From an uncultured delta proteobacterium (GTDB lineage Bacteria > Desulfobacterota > Desulfobacteria > Desulfobacterales > QNYZ01), in NCBI GenBank assembly GCA_963845145.1, contig CAWJQU010000005.1, positions 1,312,001 to 1,376,000 on the forward strand: 64,000 bases of DNA, in the 5' to 3' direction. The position numbers and the translations under genes are program-made. The notes under the pieces were generated by a model. The model was not told the origin of the DNA, did not search any database, and saw only the letters and a program-made list of their open reading frames with translations. Below, piece by piece: positions 31,943 through 44,235 of the stretch (position 1 is the first letter of the stretch; every line of letters starts with the position of its first letter).

Positions 31943-32914
31943 CTAAAGGCTATCCGCCAATGTCCATATTTTGGCTTTCAACTGAGGCAGGGTGGCTTTC
32001 ACTAAAAACCCGGCTGCCTTGGCATGCCCGCCCCCTCCGAAAGTAGTTGCGATGGCCGCCACATCCACGGCGCCATTTGACCTAAGGCTTACCTGAAAAG
32101 GCCGTTGGCTACCGGGTACGCCATTTCCGTTTCTTTTTTCCCTAATCAGGACCGCCACGTCAATATCCTCAATGCGACGGGCATAATTAATCATTCCGAC
32201 CACATCGTCCGGAACAGTGCCGCTTTCCATGAGCATGCGCCGTGTCACCGCCATGAGAGATAGTTTGCCATTATGGGAAATCTCGATTGAATTGAGCGCC
32301 ATGTTTAAAAGCTTCAAGCGGCCGATAGAGTATTGTCCGTATAGGTGTTTGGCGACTTCAGCGGGTTCGGCCCCGGCAGCAACCAGTGCTTCACAGATTG
32401 AAAATGTTTTCTGGCTGGTATTGGTAAACCGAAACGACCCTGTATCGGTTAAAATGCCCGTGTACAATGCCGTAGCGATGGGCGCCGTGATCGGGATACC
32501 CAGCGCGAGGATGACCTGGTAAATAAGTTCGGCACTGGCACATGCATTGGGGTCAATCAGGGAAAGATGGCCAAAACCCATATTGGTTGCATGATGATCA
32601 ATATTGATCAAACGGGGAAATCCTTCCATTGTATCAGCCATTTGTCCTAGGCGCTGAAGATCCCCGCAATCAATGATGACAGCCACATCACATTCGTTAA
32701 GGGGTGGTGCGGCACAGGTCACCCGGTCAACACCGGATAAAAAACGATAGGGTCCGGGAATCGGGCTTTCATTGTACATGACAACGCGTTTGCCGGCCGC
32801 TTCAAGCGCCAGGCCCATGGCTACCAGGGAACCGATGGCATCACCATCAGGGTCGATGTGTGTAGCCAGTAAAACATTTTTGTACGTGTTCAGCGTTTCA
32901 ATAATCTCTCTCAT
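31943..32914 (-). CDS. nrnA: DHH-family oligoribonuclease/PAP phosphatase
   Basis: DPDGDA, IDHH, DTGSF, GGGGH. Confidence 0.9.
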   Translation of the reverse strand: MREIIETLNTYKNVLLATHIDPDGDAIGSLVAMGLALEAAGKRVVMYNESPIPGPYRFLSGVDRVTCAAPPLNECDVAVIIDCGDLQRLGQMADTMEGFPRLINIDHHATNMGFGHLSLIDPNACASAELIYQVILALGIPITAPIATALYTGILTDTGSFRFTNTSQKTFSICEALVAAGAEPAEVAKHLYGQYSIGRLKLLNMALNSIEISHNGKLSLMAVTRRMLMESGTVPDDVVGMINYARRIEDIDVAVLIREKRNGNGVPGSQRPFQVSLRSNGAVDVAAIATTFGGGGHAKAAGFLVKATLPQLKAKIWTLADSL

Positions 32915-33260
32915 CTTCTTCCTGAACTGATTTGAGCAAGCGATCGATGTGGTCTCCATATTCAAAGGAATCGTCATGGTAAAATTCAAGTGTAGGTATA
33001 TAACGCAGACTTAATTGTCTCGCCAGCGATCGTTTAAAGTATCCACCAGCGCTTCTCAGACCGGTCGCGCTGTCTTTTGGATCAACCTCACGGCCGGTAG
33101 AGGTATAGTATACCCGTGCCAATTTCAGGTCCGCAGTCAATTTTACACCGGTAATCAACACCATTTTCAGGCGCGGATCCTTGATTTTTCGTAGGAGCAG
33201 GTCCGAAAGGACTTTCTGAATCTCGCCTGCCACCCTATCGGCCCGGGCAAACGGCCTCAT
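32898..33260 (-). CDS. rbfA: ribosome-binding factor A
   Basis: IKDPRL, DLKLARVY; synteny. Confidence 0.96.
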   Translation of the reverse strand: MRPFARADRVAGEIQKVLSDLLLRKIKDPRLKMVLITGVKLTADLKLARVYYTSTGREVDPKDSATGLRSAGGYFKRSLARQLSLRYIPTLEFYHDDSFEYGDHIDRLLKSVQEEDERDY

Positions 33261-33544
33261 AAGTGAATGATCTCCATTTCACTATCGATTATTTCAGCCA
33301 ACGTCAGGTCATAAGCCATATTAAGGAGTTTATCCATTTTGCCATTGACAAAGCGTCCCGAATTTCCAACCATGGCAAAGCCAATCTCAGCCCGTTGATG
33401 AACATCATTGGCACCGACTTCGCCTGCGGAAACATTGAATTGATTTCGTATCCGTCCAACCAGCGATTTGACCACCTTGCGCTTTGCCTTAAGACTTCGA
33501 CAGTCGGGAATACGCAGGGTTAATTTTACCAATCCGACAACCAT
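33257..33544 (-). CDS. DUF503 (YlxP) protein
   Basis: SLKAKR...FNVS..E; position between infB and rbfA. Confidence 0.9.
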   Translation of the reverse strand: MVVGLVKLTLRIPDCRSLKAKRKVVKSLVGRIRNQFNVSAGEVGANDVHQRAEIGFAMVGNSGRFVNGKMDKLLNMAYDLTLAEIIDSEMEIIHL

Positions 33545-33684
33545 GGGTCACTAAAGAGTTAGAGTAGGCATTTAACGATAGGTGGAGTCATATTCCGCCG
33601 CAGACGCGACCAACGTGATATCAATACTTGTCTATTTTTTGCAGTTACCCTTCGGCCTTGATTCCTATAGGTTCCGTTTCCAAA

Positions 33685-36438
33685 TTAGGTCAACTCAGGT
33701 GCAATCGCTTCCATTTCATAGCATTCAAGGACGTCTTCGACCTTAATGTCATTGAACTTGTCGACACCGATACCGCACTCGTACCCGCTTTGAACCTCTT
33801 TAACATCATCTTTAAATCGTCTCACCGAGGCTATCTTACCTTCGTATACCACAACCCCATCCCGAACGACGCGAACCGGTTTGTCTCGGGCAACGCGGCC
33901 GTCTGTGATATAACTTCCCGCCACGGTACCGATTTTGGGGATATGGAAAACTTCCCTGACCTTGGCTCTTCCCAGAACGCGTTCTTTATACACGGTATCC
34001 ATCATGCCTAAGATGGCATCTTTAACATCTTTGATCACATCGTAGATGACATTATAAAACCGCATATCCACATGTTCTTCGTTGGCCAGCGCCTGGACTT
34101 TAGGCGTGGGGCGCACATTGAAACCGATAATGATGGCTTCGGATACGGTTGCCAAAGAGATATCCGTTTCGGTTATGGTTCCTGTGGCAGCCTGTGCAAC
34201 ATGAATATTGATCTCTTCGTTGGATAATTTTACCAACGCGTCCCGTAAGGCCTCCACGGATCCGTGTACATCGGCTTTAACAATGATATTGAGTGTTTTG
34301 GCCTCACCCTCCTGCATTTTTTCAAACAGATTTTCCAAAGAGAGACGGTTCGATTTGGCCAGCTCCTTGGACCGTTGCTGCTGCCCCCGGTGTTGGCCTA
34401 CCTGTTTGGCGTCTTTTTCGTCGGCAAGCGCGACCAATTCGTCACCGGCCATGGGAACACCCGAAAGCCCCAAAATTTCCACGGGAATGGCCGGACCGGC
34501 GGTTTTTACCATTTCCCCTCGATCGTTCAACAGGGAGCGAATTTTTCCGTATTGGACGCCACACACCACCGGATCTCCTGCTTTTAATGTCCCCTCGCGC
34601 ACGAGGATCGTAGCTACCGGCCCCCGGCCCGTGTCCAGCTTAGCCTCGATGACATGCCCGCTGGCCAGCTTGTCGGGGTTGGCGCGAAGTTCCAACATAT
34701 CCGCTTGAAGTTGAATCATTTCGAGAAGCTCATCGACACCCTGATTCATTTTGGCGGATACGCGAAGATAAATTGTGTCCCCTCCCCAATCTTCCGGGGT
34801 CAGTCCGGCTTCCGCCAGTTCCCGTTGGACGCGTTCCGGATCGGCATTGGCCTTGTCGATTTTGTTGATGGCGACAATAATCGGCACCTCGGCCGCACGG
34901 GCATGGTTGATTGCTTCAACGGTTTGAGGCATGACACCATCGTCAGCCGCCACCACTAGAATCACCAGGTCGGTGACACTGGCACCTCGAGAGCGCATAG
35001 CTGTAAACGCCTCGTGGCCGGGCGTATCAAGAAAAACAATTTCACTATTACCGGTGGATACACAATAGGCTCCGATATGCTGGGTGATACCACCCGCCTC
35101 ACTATCGGTAACATGGGTCTTTCGAATGACATCGAGCAAGGAGGTCTTGCCATGATCCACGTGGCCCATAATGGTCACAACCGGCGGACGCGGCTTAAGG
35201 TTGGCCGGATCATCCGATGAGGCCCTTATCACCTTTTCTTCCTCAAACACCGCTTTTTCGACTTCATATTCAAATTCGGCTGCCAGTAGAACTGCAGTAT
35301 CAAAATCAATACTTTGATTAACGGTGGCCATGACACCCATTTTCATGAGTTGCATGATTAATTCGCTAACCTTTATGCCCATCCGTTTGGCCAAATCTGA
35401 GATGATGATGTTTTCATCGATCTTGATTCTGCGTTTGATCGCTTTGGCCGTGGTAATCTGGGTTTTTAGACCGCTGGCCGCCGGTTTTTTCTTAGCCCAC
35501 TTACCCCCTGCACGTCGTTGTTTTTTGCGGCTGTATAGATCGGCGCCTTCGACGACCGATCGGCGCTTGAAAGAGATTTTGCGTTTGAGAAAGCGGCGAT
35601 CAGGTTCATCGGCCCCCTCTTTTTTTCCTTTTTTTCCTTTTTTACGGGCCTGATCATCGGCCGGAGGCGCCGGCTCTCCCGGTTGAGCAGAAGACTTTTT
35701 GGCCGAAGGCTTGGGTTTCGGCTGGACCGTACCCATCTGGATAATTTTGGCGGGCATATCCTTTTTGCGCTTCTTTTTCTTTTTTACCGGTTTAGCTTGA
35801 GCGTCTTCAACATCCGGCTTGTCAGGAACTTTTTTCGAAGCGGCATCTTTATCGGCCACCTCCGCGCCCACGTCTTTTTTGGATGGGGCCTCGGCATCGG
35901 GTGTCTCAAACTCAACGGCAGTGGCCTCTTTTGCAGATGATGTTTCCGATAAGGATGCCTCCTCGGACTCGGGTTGTTTTCTCAGATCAGGCTCGGTTGT
36001 TGCCGGTTCTTCAACAGCGATGCTAATTATTTTTGCAGGCGGTTCTTCCGGTGCAACCGTTTTATCGGGTTTCTTCGATACAGGTGATTCCGCTGGGGAC
36101 TCCTCAAGCGAAGCATCGGATACCGGTGGCGATTCTTCAAGCAATTCCTCGGTGTCGGTTTCAGAAAGTTCTGAAGGCGGAGCAGCAGTATCTGTTTTCT
36201 TTTTCCGAACTACTTTGCGGCGCCTGCGAATAACGGTGGCCTGTACCCGGGTTTCCTCATATTCGACTTCTTTGGGCTTGGTGCCGAATACTTCCGCTTT
36301 AATAGAATCAATCACATCCGCTTCCAGGGTGCTCATATGGTTTTTGACCGGCAGGTCCATTGCCTGCAGTTTTTCCACCAGCACCTTGTTGGTCATATTC
36401 AGGTCTCTGGCAAGCTCATATACTCTGATCTTGACCAT
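33685..36438 (-). CDS. infB: translation initiation factor IF-2
   Basis: [17 protein letters not shown]. Confidence 0.98.
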   Translation of the reverse strand: MVKIRVYELARDLNMTNKVLVEKLQAMDLPVKNHMSTLEADVIDSIKAEVFGTKPKEVEYEETRVQATVIRRRRKVVRKKKTDTAAPPSELSETDTEELLEESPPVSDASLEESPAESPVSKKPDKTVAPEEPPAKIISIAVEEPATTEPDLRKQPESEEASLSETSSAKEATAVEFETPDAEAPSKKDVGAEVADKDAASKKVPDKPDVEDAQAKPVKKKKKRKKDMPAKIIQMGTVQPKPKPSAKKSSAQPGEPAPPADDQARKKGKKGKKEGADEPDRRFLKRKISFKRRSVVEGADLYSRKKQRRAGGKWAKKKPAASGLKTQITTAKAIKRRIKIDENIIISDLAKRMGIKVSELIMQLMKMGVMATVNQSIDFDTAVLLAAEFEYEVEKAVFEEEKVIRASSDDPANLKPRPPVVTIMGHVDHGKTSLLDVIRKTHVTDSEAGGITQHIGAYCVSTGNSEIVFLDTPGHEAFTAMRSRGASVTDLVILVVAADDGVMPQTVEAINHARAAEVPIIVAINKIDKANADPERVQRELAEAGLTPEDWGGDTIYLRVSAKMNQGVDELLEMIQLQADMLELRANPDKLASGHVIEAKLDTGRGPVATILVREGTLKAGDPVVCGVQYGKIRSLLNDRGEMVKTAGPAIPVEILGLSGVPMAGDELVALADEKDAKQVGQHRGQQQRSKELAKSNRLSLENLFEKMQEGEAKTLNIIVKADVHGSVEALRDALVKLSNEEINIHVAQAATGTITETDISLATVSEAIIIGFNVRPTPKVQALANEEHVDMRFYNVIYDVIKDVKDAILGMMDTVYKERVLGRAKVREVFHIPKIGTVAGSYITDGRVARDKPVRVVRDGVVVYEGKIASVRRFKDDVKEVQSGYECGIGVDKFNDIKVEDVLECYEMEAIAPELT

Positions 36439-36460
36439 AGTCGTCCTCTAATTGGGGTCG

Positions 36461-38014
36461 TTATTCTTCAATGTTGGGTTGGTCATCCGCCTGATTACCC
36501 GCATTATCATCGGAACCGGCATCCTTGACAGCCTTCGACTCTGATGACGAGGAAACAACGGATTCTTCATCAGGGGAATCGGAGGCTGCTTCAATTTCCT
36601 CATCGTTTTCTACAACGCCGGCTTTTTCGGAGTGCCCGTTCGAATCGGATGACGGCGTAACGGCGCTTGCCGAATCACCGCTTTTTTCATCTCCATCCCC
36701 ATCTTCGTCATCGGAAGAAGCGGCTTCTAACGCTTGAGCTTCTTCAACTTCGACTTCGGCTTGGGCCGCGGTAAGCATCTCTTTCCAGGTGACAGCCGCT
36801 TTTTCAATTAAACTTTCGGCCACCGTTTCATCGATCTCTCGAATTTGAACCAGATCTGCTACTGACGCCCGGCTTAGTTCTTCAGCGGAATAAAACCCAT
36901 TTTCAAAAAGAGCATCCACAAGTCCCAGGCTGATGTCGGGTATGGCCACCAAGGAGTCATAACCGTTTTTCATATCGGCGTTATAGCTGCTTTCACTCTT
37001 GACATCAAGGCGCCAGCCGGTCAGCTTGGCAGCCAGGCGAACATTTTGCCCGCGTTTGCCGATGGCGATGGACAGCGCGTCATCCGGGACGATGATTTCC
37101 ATTGCCTGGTTTTCTTCGTCGATGATGACGCGGGAAACTTCGGCCGGAGCCAGGGCGTTGCAGATATACTTGGGCTGGTCGATATGGTAAGGGATGATAT
37201 CGATTTTTTCGCCCCTTAGCTCTTGAACGACATTTTGAACCCGGCTGCCTCGCATCCCCACACAGGCACCTACCGGATCAATATCCGAGTCGTTGGATGA
37301 AACCGCGATTTTAGCCCGTACTCCAGGATCGCGAACCGCTCCCATAATAGAGACGATCCCCTCGCTGATCTCAGGAACTTCCGTTTTGAACAGCTGAATT
37401 AAAAAATTCGGATGTGTTCGCGACAGGACAATTTGCGGTCCTCTGGCCTCCTGCAGAATATCTAAAAGATAAGCGCGAATACGGTCTCCGCGGCGGTAAG
37501 ATTCACGCGGCACCTGCTCCCTAAATGGAACAATTCCTTCGGTCTGGCCGATGTTGACGATAATGTTGCCTCTTTCAAAACGCTGAACGATGCCATTGAT
37601 CAATTCGCCGCGGCGATCAATATAGTTGGCATAAACAGCATCCCGTTCGGCATCTTTCATTTTCTGAATAATCACCTGTTTGGCTGACTGAGCGGCAATA
37701 CGACCGAAATTGGACGTATCCATTTTGGTGCCAAGGCTGTCGCCAACTTCACATTCGGGATCAAGACCGCGGCCGATGTCCAGCGTCACCTGGGTTTCGG
37801 GGTCGGTAACCGTTTCAACGACATCCATAAATTGGAAAGCCTCGATTTCTCCCGATTTATCGTCATACTGGGTTTCAATGTCGATTCCGTTGCCAAATTT
37901 TTTACGAGCGGCGGATTGAATTGCCTCTTCCACGGCTCTGATCAATACATCCCGATCAATCCCTTTATCCCGACTGATCTGATCTATCACATGTTTAATT
38001 TCGGCGATAAACAT
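36461..38014 (-). CDS. nusA: transcription termination factor NusA
   Basis: [22 protein letters not shown]. Confidence 0.98.
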   Translation of the reverse strand: MFIAEIKHVIDQISRDKGIDRDVLIRAVEEAIQSAARKKFGNGIDIETQYDDKSGEIEAFQFMDVVETVTDPETQVTLDIGRGLDPECEVGDSLGTKMDTSNFGRIAAQSAKQVIIQKMKDAERDAVYANYIDRRGELINGIVQRFERGNIIVNIGQTEGIVPFREQVPRESYRRGDRIRAYLLDILQEARGPQIVLSRTHPNFLIQLFKTEVPEISEGIVSIMGAVRDPGVRAKIAVSSNDSDIDPVGACVGMRGSRVQNVVQELRGEKIDIIPYHIDQPKYICNALAPAEVSRVIIDEENQAMEIIVPDDALSIAIGKRGQNVRLAAKLTGWRLDVKSESSYNADMKNGYDSLVAIPDISLGLVDALFENGFYSAEELSRASVADLVQIREIDETVAESLIEKAAVTWKEMLTAAQAEVEVEEAQALEAASSDDEDGDGDEKSGDSASAVTPSSDSNGHSEKAGVVENDEEIEAASDSPDEESVVSSSSESKAVKDAGSDDNAGNQADDQPNIEE

Positions 38015-38556
38015 CAGTTTTCTCCCTGATATTCGATAAGTCGGGCATCCTTAATTTGTGAAAGCGGGATATTCATGGATTCGCCTTCCATTCGCAGCGT
38101 GACGATTTCATCATTCATGCCCGCTAGCTCTCCTGTAAATTTTTTTTGTTCGTTTATGGGCGTCAACGTCCGGATGCAGGCCGTTTGGCCGGCAAAACGG
38201 TTAAAATCGTCCGGCTTGCCCAAGGGGCGGTTCACCCCCGGTGATGACACCTCCAGTAGATAAGCGGTATCGTCATCCGTATGAACATCCAGCAGATCGC
38301 CGATCTGGCGACTGATATTCTGACAATCATCGAGTTTGACGCCACCGGGCTTATCGATATACAGCCGCAACACCCGGCCCGGGGGTTCTATGCGGCATTG
38401 GACATGAATCAGTTCCATGCCCTCACCTTCGCATAACGGTTCGCCCAGTTGTAATGTAAGGGCGGTTAAAGAACGGTTCTGTTCCCGAGATCCGCCGGGT
38501 TTTTTTAATTTGGCGGCTTTTGCCGTCGATGTTTTTGTCCGTTTTCTTCTGGCCAT
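38014..38556 (-). CDS. rimP: ribosome maturation factor RimP
   Basis: LRLYIDK..GV.LDDC, LEVSSPG..RPL. Confidence 0.95.
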   Translation of the reverse strand: MARRKRTKTSTAKAAKLKKPGGSREQNRSLTALTLQLGEPLCEGEGMELIHVQCRIEPPGRVLRLYIDKPGGVKLDDCQNISRQIGDLLDVHTDDDTAYLLEVSSPGVNRPLGKPDDFNRFAGQTACIRTLTPINEQKKFTGELAGMNDEIVTLRMEGESMNIPLSQIKDARLIEYQGEN

Positions 38557-38585
38557 TTTAATATTTGATAAAATTATAAAAAACA

Positions 38586-38611
38586 AAAAAACGGGCTGTT
38601 CGCCCGTTTTG
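38586..38611 (-). promoter_or_regulatory. rimP-leader-like hairpin
   Basis: AAAACGGGC-GAACA-GCCCGTTTTTT just upstream of rimP. Confidence 0.6.
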
Positions 38612-38770
38612 ATCGTTTTCGTATATTCCGTCGCGTCTGGAACGGAAATTTCGTTCTGCATCTGCCCCTAAGGACAAGAAACTTTGCCCCCGGTTACAGC
38701 AAAACCCGAAGGAGCCGAACTCAGGCCCCGTTCATTCCTCTGGTAATCACTGAATGATCGGGCGAATGTT

Positions 38771-38846
38771 TGGAGCGGGCAACGAGATTCGAACTCGCGA
38801 CACCAAGCTTGGGAAGCTTGTACTCTACCAGCTGAGCTATGCCCGC
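38771..38846 (-). tRNA. tRNA-Gly (CCC)
   Basis: GCGGGCATAGCTCAGCTGGTAGAG...TTCCCAA...GTTCGAATC...GCCCGCTCCA, 76 nt with encoded CCA. Confidence 0.97.
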
Positions 38847-38937
38847 CCAATGCCTAACCTATACAAATAGGTCATATGTTTGTAATTGTCAATACTTTTC
38901 AGCGGATAGTTAATCTGGGGACAGTTGGTTCAAATGA

Positions 38938-39271
38938 TCAGGAAACCAGATCCCGAAGATTTTCGAGTTCGTGGCGAATATCGGCGAGTACATCCGCCGG
39001 GGATTTTGAAGCATCCAATAGCCTCGTCCAGACGCAGATGCTTGATCGCCCCACGGATGGTGAATTTTTTATCATGTAATAAATGTTTGATTTTTAGGAT
39101 GAGTTCCACATCTTTGCGGCGATACAGGCGCTGGCCCGAGGGGCTTCGCTTGGGTTTAATACGACCAAATTCGGTTTCCCAGAACCTAAGCACATGGGTG
39201 GGTAAGTCGGCGAGTTTGCTGACCTCGCCGATTTTAAAATAGAGTTTGTCGGGAATGGATACCAACGGCAA
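38938..39271 (-). CDS. MerR-family transcriptional regulator (frameshift near 39015)
   Basis: IPDKLYFKIGEV...VLRFWE...FTIRGA; C-terminal LADIRHELENLRDL in the adjacent frame. Confidence 0.88.
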
Positions 39272-39356
39272 CCGACTTTCTTGAGTGGCCCCTTAGCAAT
39301 GCACTTTATGCGCATCGATATATTTTTTGGAATAACCGGGATTTATTCTTTTAATA

Positions 39357-41805
39357 TCATGTTGGCAGGTCGGCGTCAAAGTCTTTCACAAGACGATGGG
39401 TGATTCGTTGATGTATCTCGTTGATCATATCGTCCACAAGCGTTTCGCTTTGGGACCGATAGGTAACCCGAAACGATAAACTTTTCTTGTCGGCCGGGAT
39501 TGGGCGCCCTTCGAAAACGTCTACCAGCTCAATGGACTCGATTAGCGGTTCATTGAGCTTTACGAGATGGTATTCTAAAATCAATCCTTCAATTTTCCGA
39601 TCGACAATAACTGTCATGTCCCTTGTGATGGCAGGATAGCGGGGCAGTGAGCGGGCCAGCCGGGATGTGGGCATTCGTTCAAGTAGCTTGGCTGCATCCA
39701 ATTCGAACATGAAAACCGGTTGTGAAATGTCGAAAGCGTTGAGAACGGAAGACGATATCTCTCCAATCATGCCGATAAGTGTGTCGCCACAATTGATTCC
39801 GGCGACATGTCCTGATTTATAATATGGCAACCGATCAGATGAGAATTGGCCGGACTGAGATCGGGTGAATTTAATCTCCTTAATGTGCAGTGTGGTCAAC
39901 AGGCTTTCGGCCACACCCTTTAAATCGTAGAAATCACAGTCAACGGGGCGTGCGTGCCAGGTGGTTTTATTTCGGCCACCGGTCCAGAGGGCGGAAATAA
40001 CTTCTTTTTCCTTCGGGAGTCTGTTTTTTTCGAATTGCATAAACGTTCGGCCGATTTCAAACATCTTGAGATGGCGTATTTGCCGACTGATATTATGCTG
40101 AACCGTGCCGAGCAATCCAGGCGCCAAGGAAGAGCGCATGATCGATTGGGATTCGGTCAAAGGGTTCAGAAGCGATACGAACCGACGTTTGGGATCATCG
40201 TCGGCCAGGCCGAGATAATCATAGGTTTTTTCATCGCCGAAGCTATATGTAATCACCTCTACAAATCCGAAGCCGGTCATCAATGTTTTGACCCGTTGCC
40301 GAAAAGTTAGCTCCGCAGATGAGAAGGCGTCGCTATCCTTGATGGCGGGAAAAGTGGTCGGGATTTGATTATAGCCGTGGAGTCGGGCCACCTCCTCCAT
40401 CAGGTCTTCCGGTCGGGAGATATCCACACGAAAGGAGGGGGGCAAGACCGTTAGGCTAGATTCAGTTAGGTTAGGTTCAGTATCTGCCGATTGCACATCA
40501 AATTCAATGGATTGAAGCAGCTTTTCAATTTGCGCGGCATGAAGATCCGTTCCCAGGATGCGGTTGGTACGGTCGATGGAGAGCTCGATGGCTTGGCGCT
40601 TCAGCGGGCCGGGGTGAGCATCGATGATTCCTTCGATCAATTTCCCCCCGCAGAGCTGCACCATTAGATGAGCGGCACGTTCCATGGCCCGGATGGTGCC
40701 TTCAGGATCAACCCCCCGTTCAAATCGATAGGAGGCGTCACTGCTTAAATTAAACCGTTTAGCTGTTCGTCGAATGCTGGCCGGATTAAAACACGCACTT
40801 TCAATGAGAACACGGGTCGTCGTCTCTTCGATTTCCGAGTTGAGTCCGCCCATGACACCGGCTACGGCTACTGGCTTTTGGCCGTCACAGATCATCAAGG
40901 TGTCATCTTCAAGGCGTCGGGATTGGCCGTCTAAGGTTGTGAATTGATCCCCTTTATTGGCAGTACGAACGATGATACGATTTTCGTATAGATGGTCAAA
41001 GTCGAAAGCATGCAACGGCTGGCCCGTTTCCAGCATGACGAAGTTGGTAATATCGACAACATTGTTGATGGGTCGTAATCCTACTGAACGCAGCCGGTCC
41101 TGGAGCCAGAACGGTGATGATGCCACCTTGATGTCGGTAACAATCCGGGCCGAATAGCGCGGGCATAGCGCCGGCGTCTCAATAAGCACCGATGTCATTT
41201 GATCGACAACCCCGCCGAGGGCGGGCGTTGGAACGTCCGGATAACGGACCTTCGATTGATAAATGGCGGCAACTTCACGGCAGATTCCCAGAATACTGAG
41301 GCAATCCGCCCGATTAGGGGTCAGATCAATTTCGAGGACGGGGTCGTGAAGCTCGAGGGCTTGATTCAAAGGTTGGCCGAGCGATAAGGTTGCATCCAAA
41401 ACCATCAAGCCGCTTGCATCACTTCCAAGCGCCAACTCGGCTTCACTGCATAGCATTCCTTCGGAAGGTTCCCCACGAATAACGGTTTTTTGAAGGCTGA
41501 CGCCATTGGGAAAGACGGTTCCGGGCAATGCGACCGGTGCCATCATGCCTTCGGCTGTGTTTGGCGCTCCGCAGACAATACGGAGGGAGGCTTCACCCGT
41601 ATCAACCTGGCAACATTTCAAATGATCGGCATTGGGGTGGGGGGCTACGGTTTTAATGCAGCCTACGAGAACCGTGTCTAAATAGCTGTAGCGGTTGGTA
41701 ACGGCGTCGACTTCGAGCCCGGCCATGGTCAGGCCGTCGGCCAGGCGCAGTGACATCGTATTCTCCCGGCAAATATTCCTGTAGCCAGCTGAGGCTTATT
41801 TTCAT
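39357..41805 (-). CDS. pheT: phenylalanine--tRNA ligase beta subunit (frameshift near 41765)
   Basis: MKISLSWLQEY start in the adjacent frame; TPNRADCLS, RFERG, DLMEEVAR. Confidence 0.97.
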
Positions 41806-41881
41806 CGTTTTTGGTCCATGGCGGAAATGATCATAAGTGGCAGGCCGGTCAACCAACTAGTCAATTCACCGGTCATACTGT

Positions 41882-42904
41882 TTATTCGAATTGGCTTAAA
41901 AACCGCAGGTCGTTATCAAAAAATTTGCGGATGTCGTCTATGCCGTATTTGAGCATGGCAATTCGCTCCACACCCATGCCAAAGGCAAAACCGGTAAAGC
42001 GATTTGTGTCGTAACCCACATTTTCCAAAACCGCCGGGTGAACCATGCCGGACCCGAGGACTTCTAACCAGCCGGTGTGAGAGCAGACCCGGCATCCGTT
42101 GCCCCGACACATCACACAAAGGATGTCGACTTCGGCGCTTGGCTCGGTAAATGGAAAAAAACTGGGCCGAAAGCGCAAAGACGTTTGTTCATCAAACATC
42201 TGATGGACAAACACGGTTAAAATTCCCTTCAGATCGCCAAAGGAGATGTTCTCTGCGACCATCAAGCCCTCAACCTGATGAAACATCGGGGTATGGGTCA
42301 GGTCCGAATCGCATCGGAAAACTTTTCCCGGCGCCACAATGCGCACCGGTGGTGATTGCTTTTCCATCACGCGAACCTGCAGAGGGGAGGTATGGGTTCT
42401 CAGCACGATATCATCTGAAACAAAAAAGGTATCCTGCATGTCCCGCGCCGGGTGTTCCTTGGGGAAATTAAGGGCTTCAAAATTATAATAATCGGTTTCA
42501 ATTTCAGGCCCTTCGGCGATTGAAAACCCCAATCTTTCAAAAATGTTGCAGATGCGATTCATGACCAGCGTTACAGGGTGCAAGGCACCCCGCGCCACAG
42601 GCCGGCCGGGCAAGGATACATCTATTGAACCGTCGGCGTCGCCCTCGTTTTGATTAATTCGCTCGGTTGCCTCGGAAAATGCCACTTGAAGGCTTTTTTT
42701 AACTTCGTTGGCCCTTTTTCCAGCCAGGGGACGCTCTTCCGCCGGAAGGCCGGCTATATCGCGCAGAAAACGGGTTATCGCACCCTTGCGCCCCAGATAG
42801 CGAATGGTCAGCGCTTCAATATCCGCAGCCGTATGGGCCGCGACGACGGCTGTCAAAGCCTCTTCGCGTATTTGTTCGATTGTGGGATTGGCTGGTTTGT
42901 CCAT
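41882..42904 (-). CDS. pheS: phenylalanine--tRNA ligase alpha subunit
   Basis: HPARDMQDTF, FPFTEPS, GFAFGMGVER. Confidence 0.98.
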   Translation of the reverse strand: MDKPANPTIEQIREEALTAVVAAHTAADIEALTIRYLGRKGAITRFLRDIAGLPAEERPLAGKRANEVKKSLQVAFSEATERINQNEGDADGSIDVSLPGRPVARGALHPVTLVMNRICNIFERLGFSIAEGPEIETDYYNFEALNFPKEHPARDMQDTFFVSDDIVLRTHTSPLQVRVMEKQSPPVRIVAPGKVFRCDSDLTHTPMFHQVEGLMVAENISFGDLKGILTVFVHQMFDEQTSLRFRPSFFPFTEPSAEVDILCVMCRGNGCRVCSHTGWLEVLGSGMVHPAVLENVGYDTNRFTGFAFGMGVERIAMLKYGIDDIRKFFDNDLRFLSQFE

Positions 42905-42951
42905 GAACGGTTACTGGTCGTTTGGCCTTGGAAAGTCAGTCGATCGGCAGA

Positions 42952-43302
42952 CTATACGTGTTGCGCGGCTAATTCAGCAATCTGGGCAAATCCCTTGGGG
43001 TCGGATACCGCCAGTTCGGCCAGCACCTTGCGATCAAGCTCGACCCGAGCCTTTTTCAAACCGCTTATCAATTTGCTGTAGGACAGGTTGTTTAATCGCG
43101 CCCCGGCATTGATGCGTGCAATCCATAGCCGCCGAAAGTCTCTTTTTCGTGTTCGGCGATCACGGTAGGCATACATATTCGCTTTATCAACGGCATTCTG
43201 GGCGGTACGAAACAGTTTACTCCTCGCCCCCCGGAACCCTTTGGCCATTTTTAATACTTTTTTTCGCCGTTGTCTGGCCTTGAAACCACGTTTAATTCGC
43301 AT
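42952..43302 (-). CDS. rplT: 50S ribosomal protein L20
   Basis: [21 protein letters not shown]. Confidence 0.98.
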   Translation of the reverse strand: MRIKRGFKARQRRKKVLKMAKGFRGARSKLFRTAQNAVDKANMYAYRDRRTRKRDFRRLWIARINAGARLNNLSYSKLISGLKKARVELDRKVLAELAVSDPKGFAQIAELAAQHV

Positions 43303-43324
43303 GGTAAACTCCGTTAGTCCATGT

Positions 43325-43522
43325 TTAAAGATTTGGCAGCATTGCCTTTATCGCCTTAATATTGGTCTGGTCAACCAAGTGGCTTTTTCTCAATGATCGT
43401 TTTCGCTTGCGGCTCTTGTGCGTGAGGATATGGTTGCCATGGGACTTTGAATAGACGATCTTGCCGGACCCTGTCTTTTTAAATCGTTTGGCCGCGCCTC
43501 GATTGGTTTTAATTTTTGGCAT
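43325..43522 (-). CDS. rpmI: 50S ribosomal protein L35
   Basis: [21 protein letters not shown]. Confidence 0.98.
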   Translation of the reverse strand: MPKIKTNRGAAKRFKKTGSGKIVYSKSHGNHILTHKSRKRKRSLRKSHLVDQTNIKAIKAMLPNL

Positions 43523-43605
43523 TTTTCTTAAACTCCCTATATACGATATTTTTTTAGTATCCTGCTTTATTTAATATTGTGCTTTTAATTCCGAAGGTCT
43601 TTTAC

Positions 43606-43650
43606 AAAAAATTGATGGCGTGAGCAGCTGGTGTGTTTCGCTCACGCCAT
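43606..43650 (-). terminator. intrinsic terminator-like hairpin between infC and rpmI
   Basis: ATGGCGTGAGC...GCTCACGCCAT followed by CAATTTTTT on the minus strand. Confidence 0.5.
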
Positions 43651-43695
43651 TACCGGTATCGTTATTTATGTAAATCGTCGGTTCAGGTTTTCGTT

Positions 43696-44235
43696 TTATT
43701 TCGGAGCCAGCACCATCATAATTGTACGGCCTTCAAATTTGGGAGCTTGCTCAATGACCGCCGTTTCCGACATTTCCGTAGCGATTCTTGCCAGCATCTC
43801 CCGGCCTTGTCCCGCCAGTGTAATTTCGCGTCCTCGGAATCGCACGGTTACCTTGACCTTATCGCGTCGATCAATGAATTTGCGTATATGGCCTAGTTTG
43901 GTTTGAAGGTCGTGATCACCGGTTTTGGGCCGAACTTTAATCTCTTTAAGCTGAAAGTGGGCCTGTTTCTTTTTCGCTTCCTGCTTTTTTTTGGTCTGCT
44001 CGTATTTATATCGGCCGTAATCCATGATTTTACAGACCGGCGGCTTAGAGTTGGGTGACACCTCCACCAGATCCTGACCGAATTCTTCGGCCATTTTCAA
44101 GGCCTCGTCCGTCGGTACGATGCCGACCTGGGTACCTTCCGGGTCGATGACGCGTACTTTTGGGGCTGTTATCTGTTGATTGATTCGGGTTTGATCGGTC
44201 TGCTGCGGCCGGATAGGCCCTCGTGGTATAGCTAT
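43696..44235 (-). CDS. infC: translation initiation factor IF-3 (ATA start)
   Basis: Frame open upstream of 44100 (RINQQITAPKVRVID) to ATA at 44235, preceded by AGGAGGT; PPVCKIMDYG. Confidence 0.95.
   Translation of the reverse strand: MAIPRGPIRPQQTDQTRINQQITAPKVRVIDPEGTQVGIVPTDEALKMAEEFGQDLVEVSPNSKPPVCKIMDYGRYKYEQTKKKQEAKKKQAHFQLKEIKVRPKTGDHDLQTKLGHIRKFIDRRDKVKVTVRFRGREITLAGQGREMLARIATEMSETAVIEQAPKFEGRTIMMVLAPK

Noticed and set aside
27351..38671. Numerous plus-strand ORFs (e.g. 35819-36451, 34208-34708)
   Set aside because: Antisense shadows of pnp, infB, nusA and neighbours with no recognisable motifs.
38771..38846. tRNA-anchored genomic island or prophage
   Set aside because: No integrase and no duplicated tRNA 3' end seen; flanked by core genes.
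39357..41805. pheT as a pseudogene
   Set aside because: Essential gene, otherwise intact; a single indel is best explained as sequencing error.
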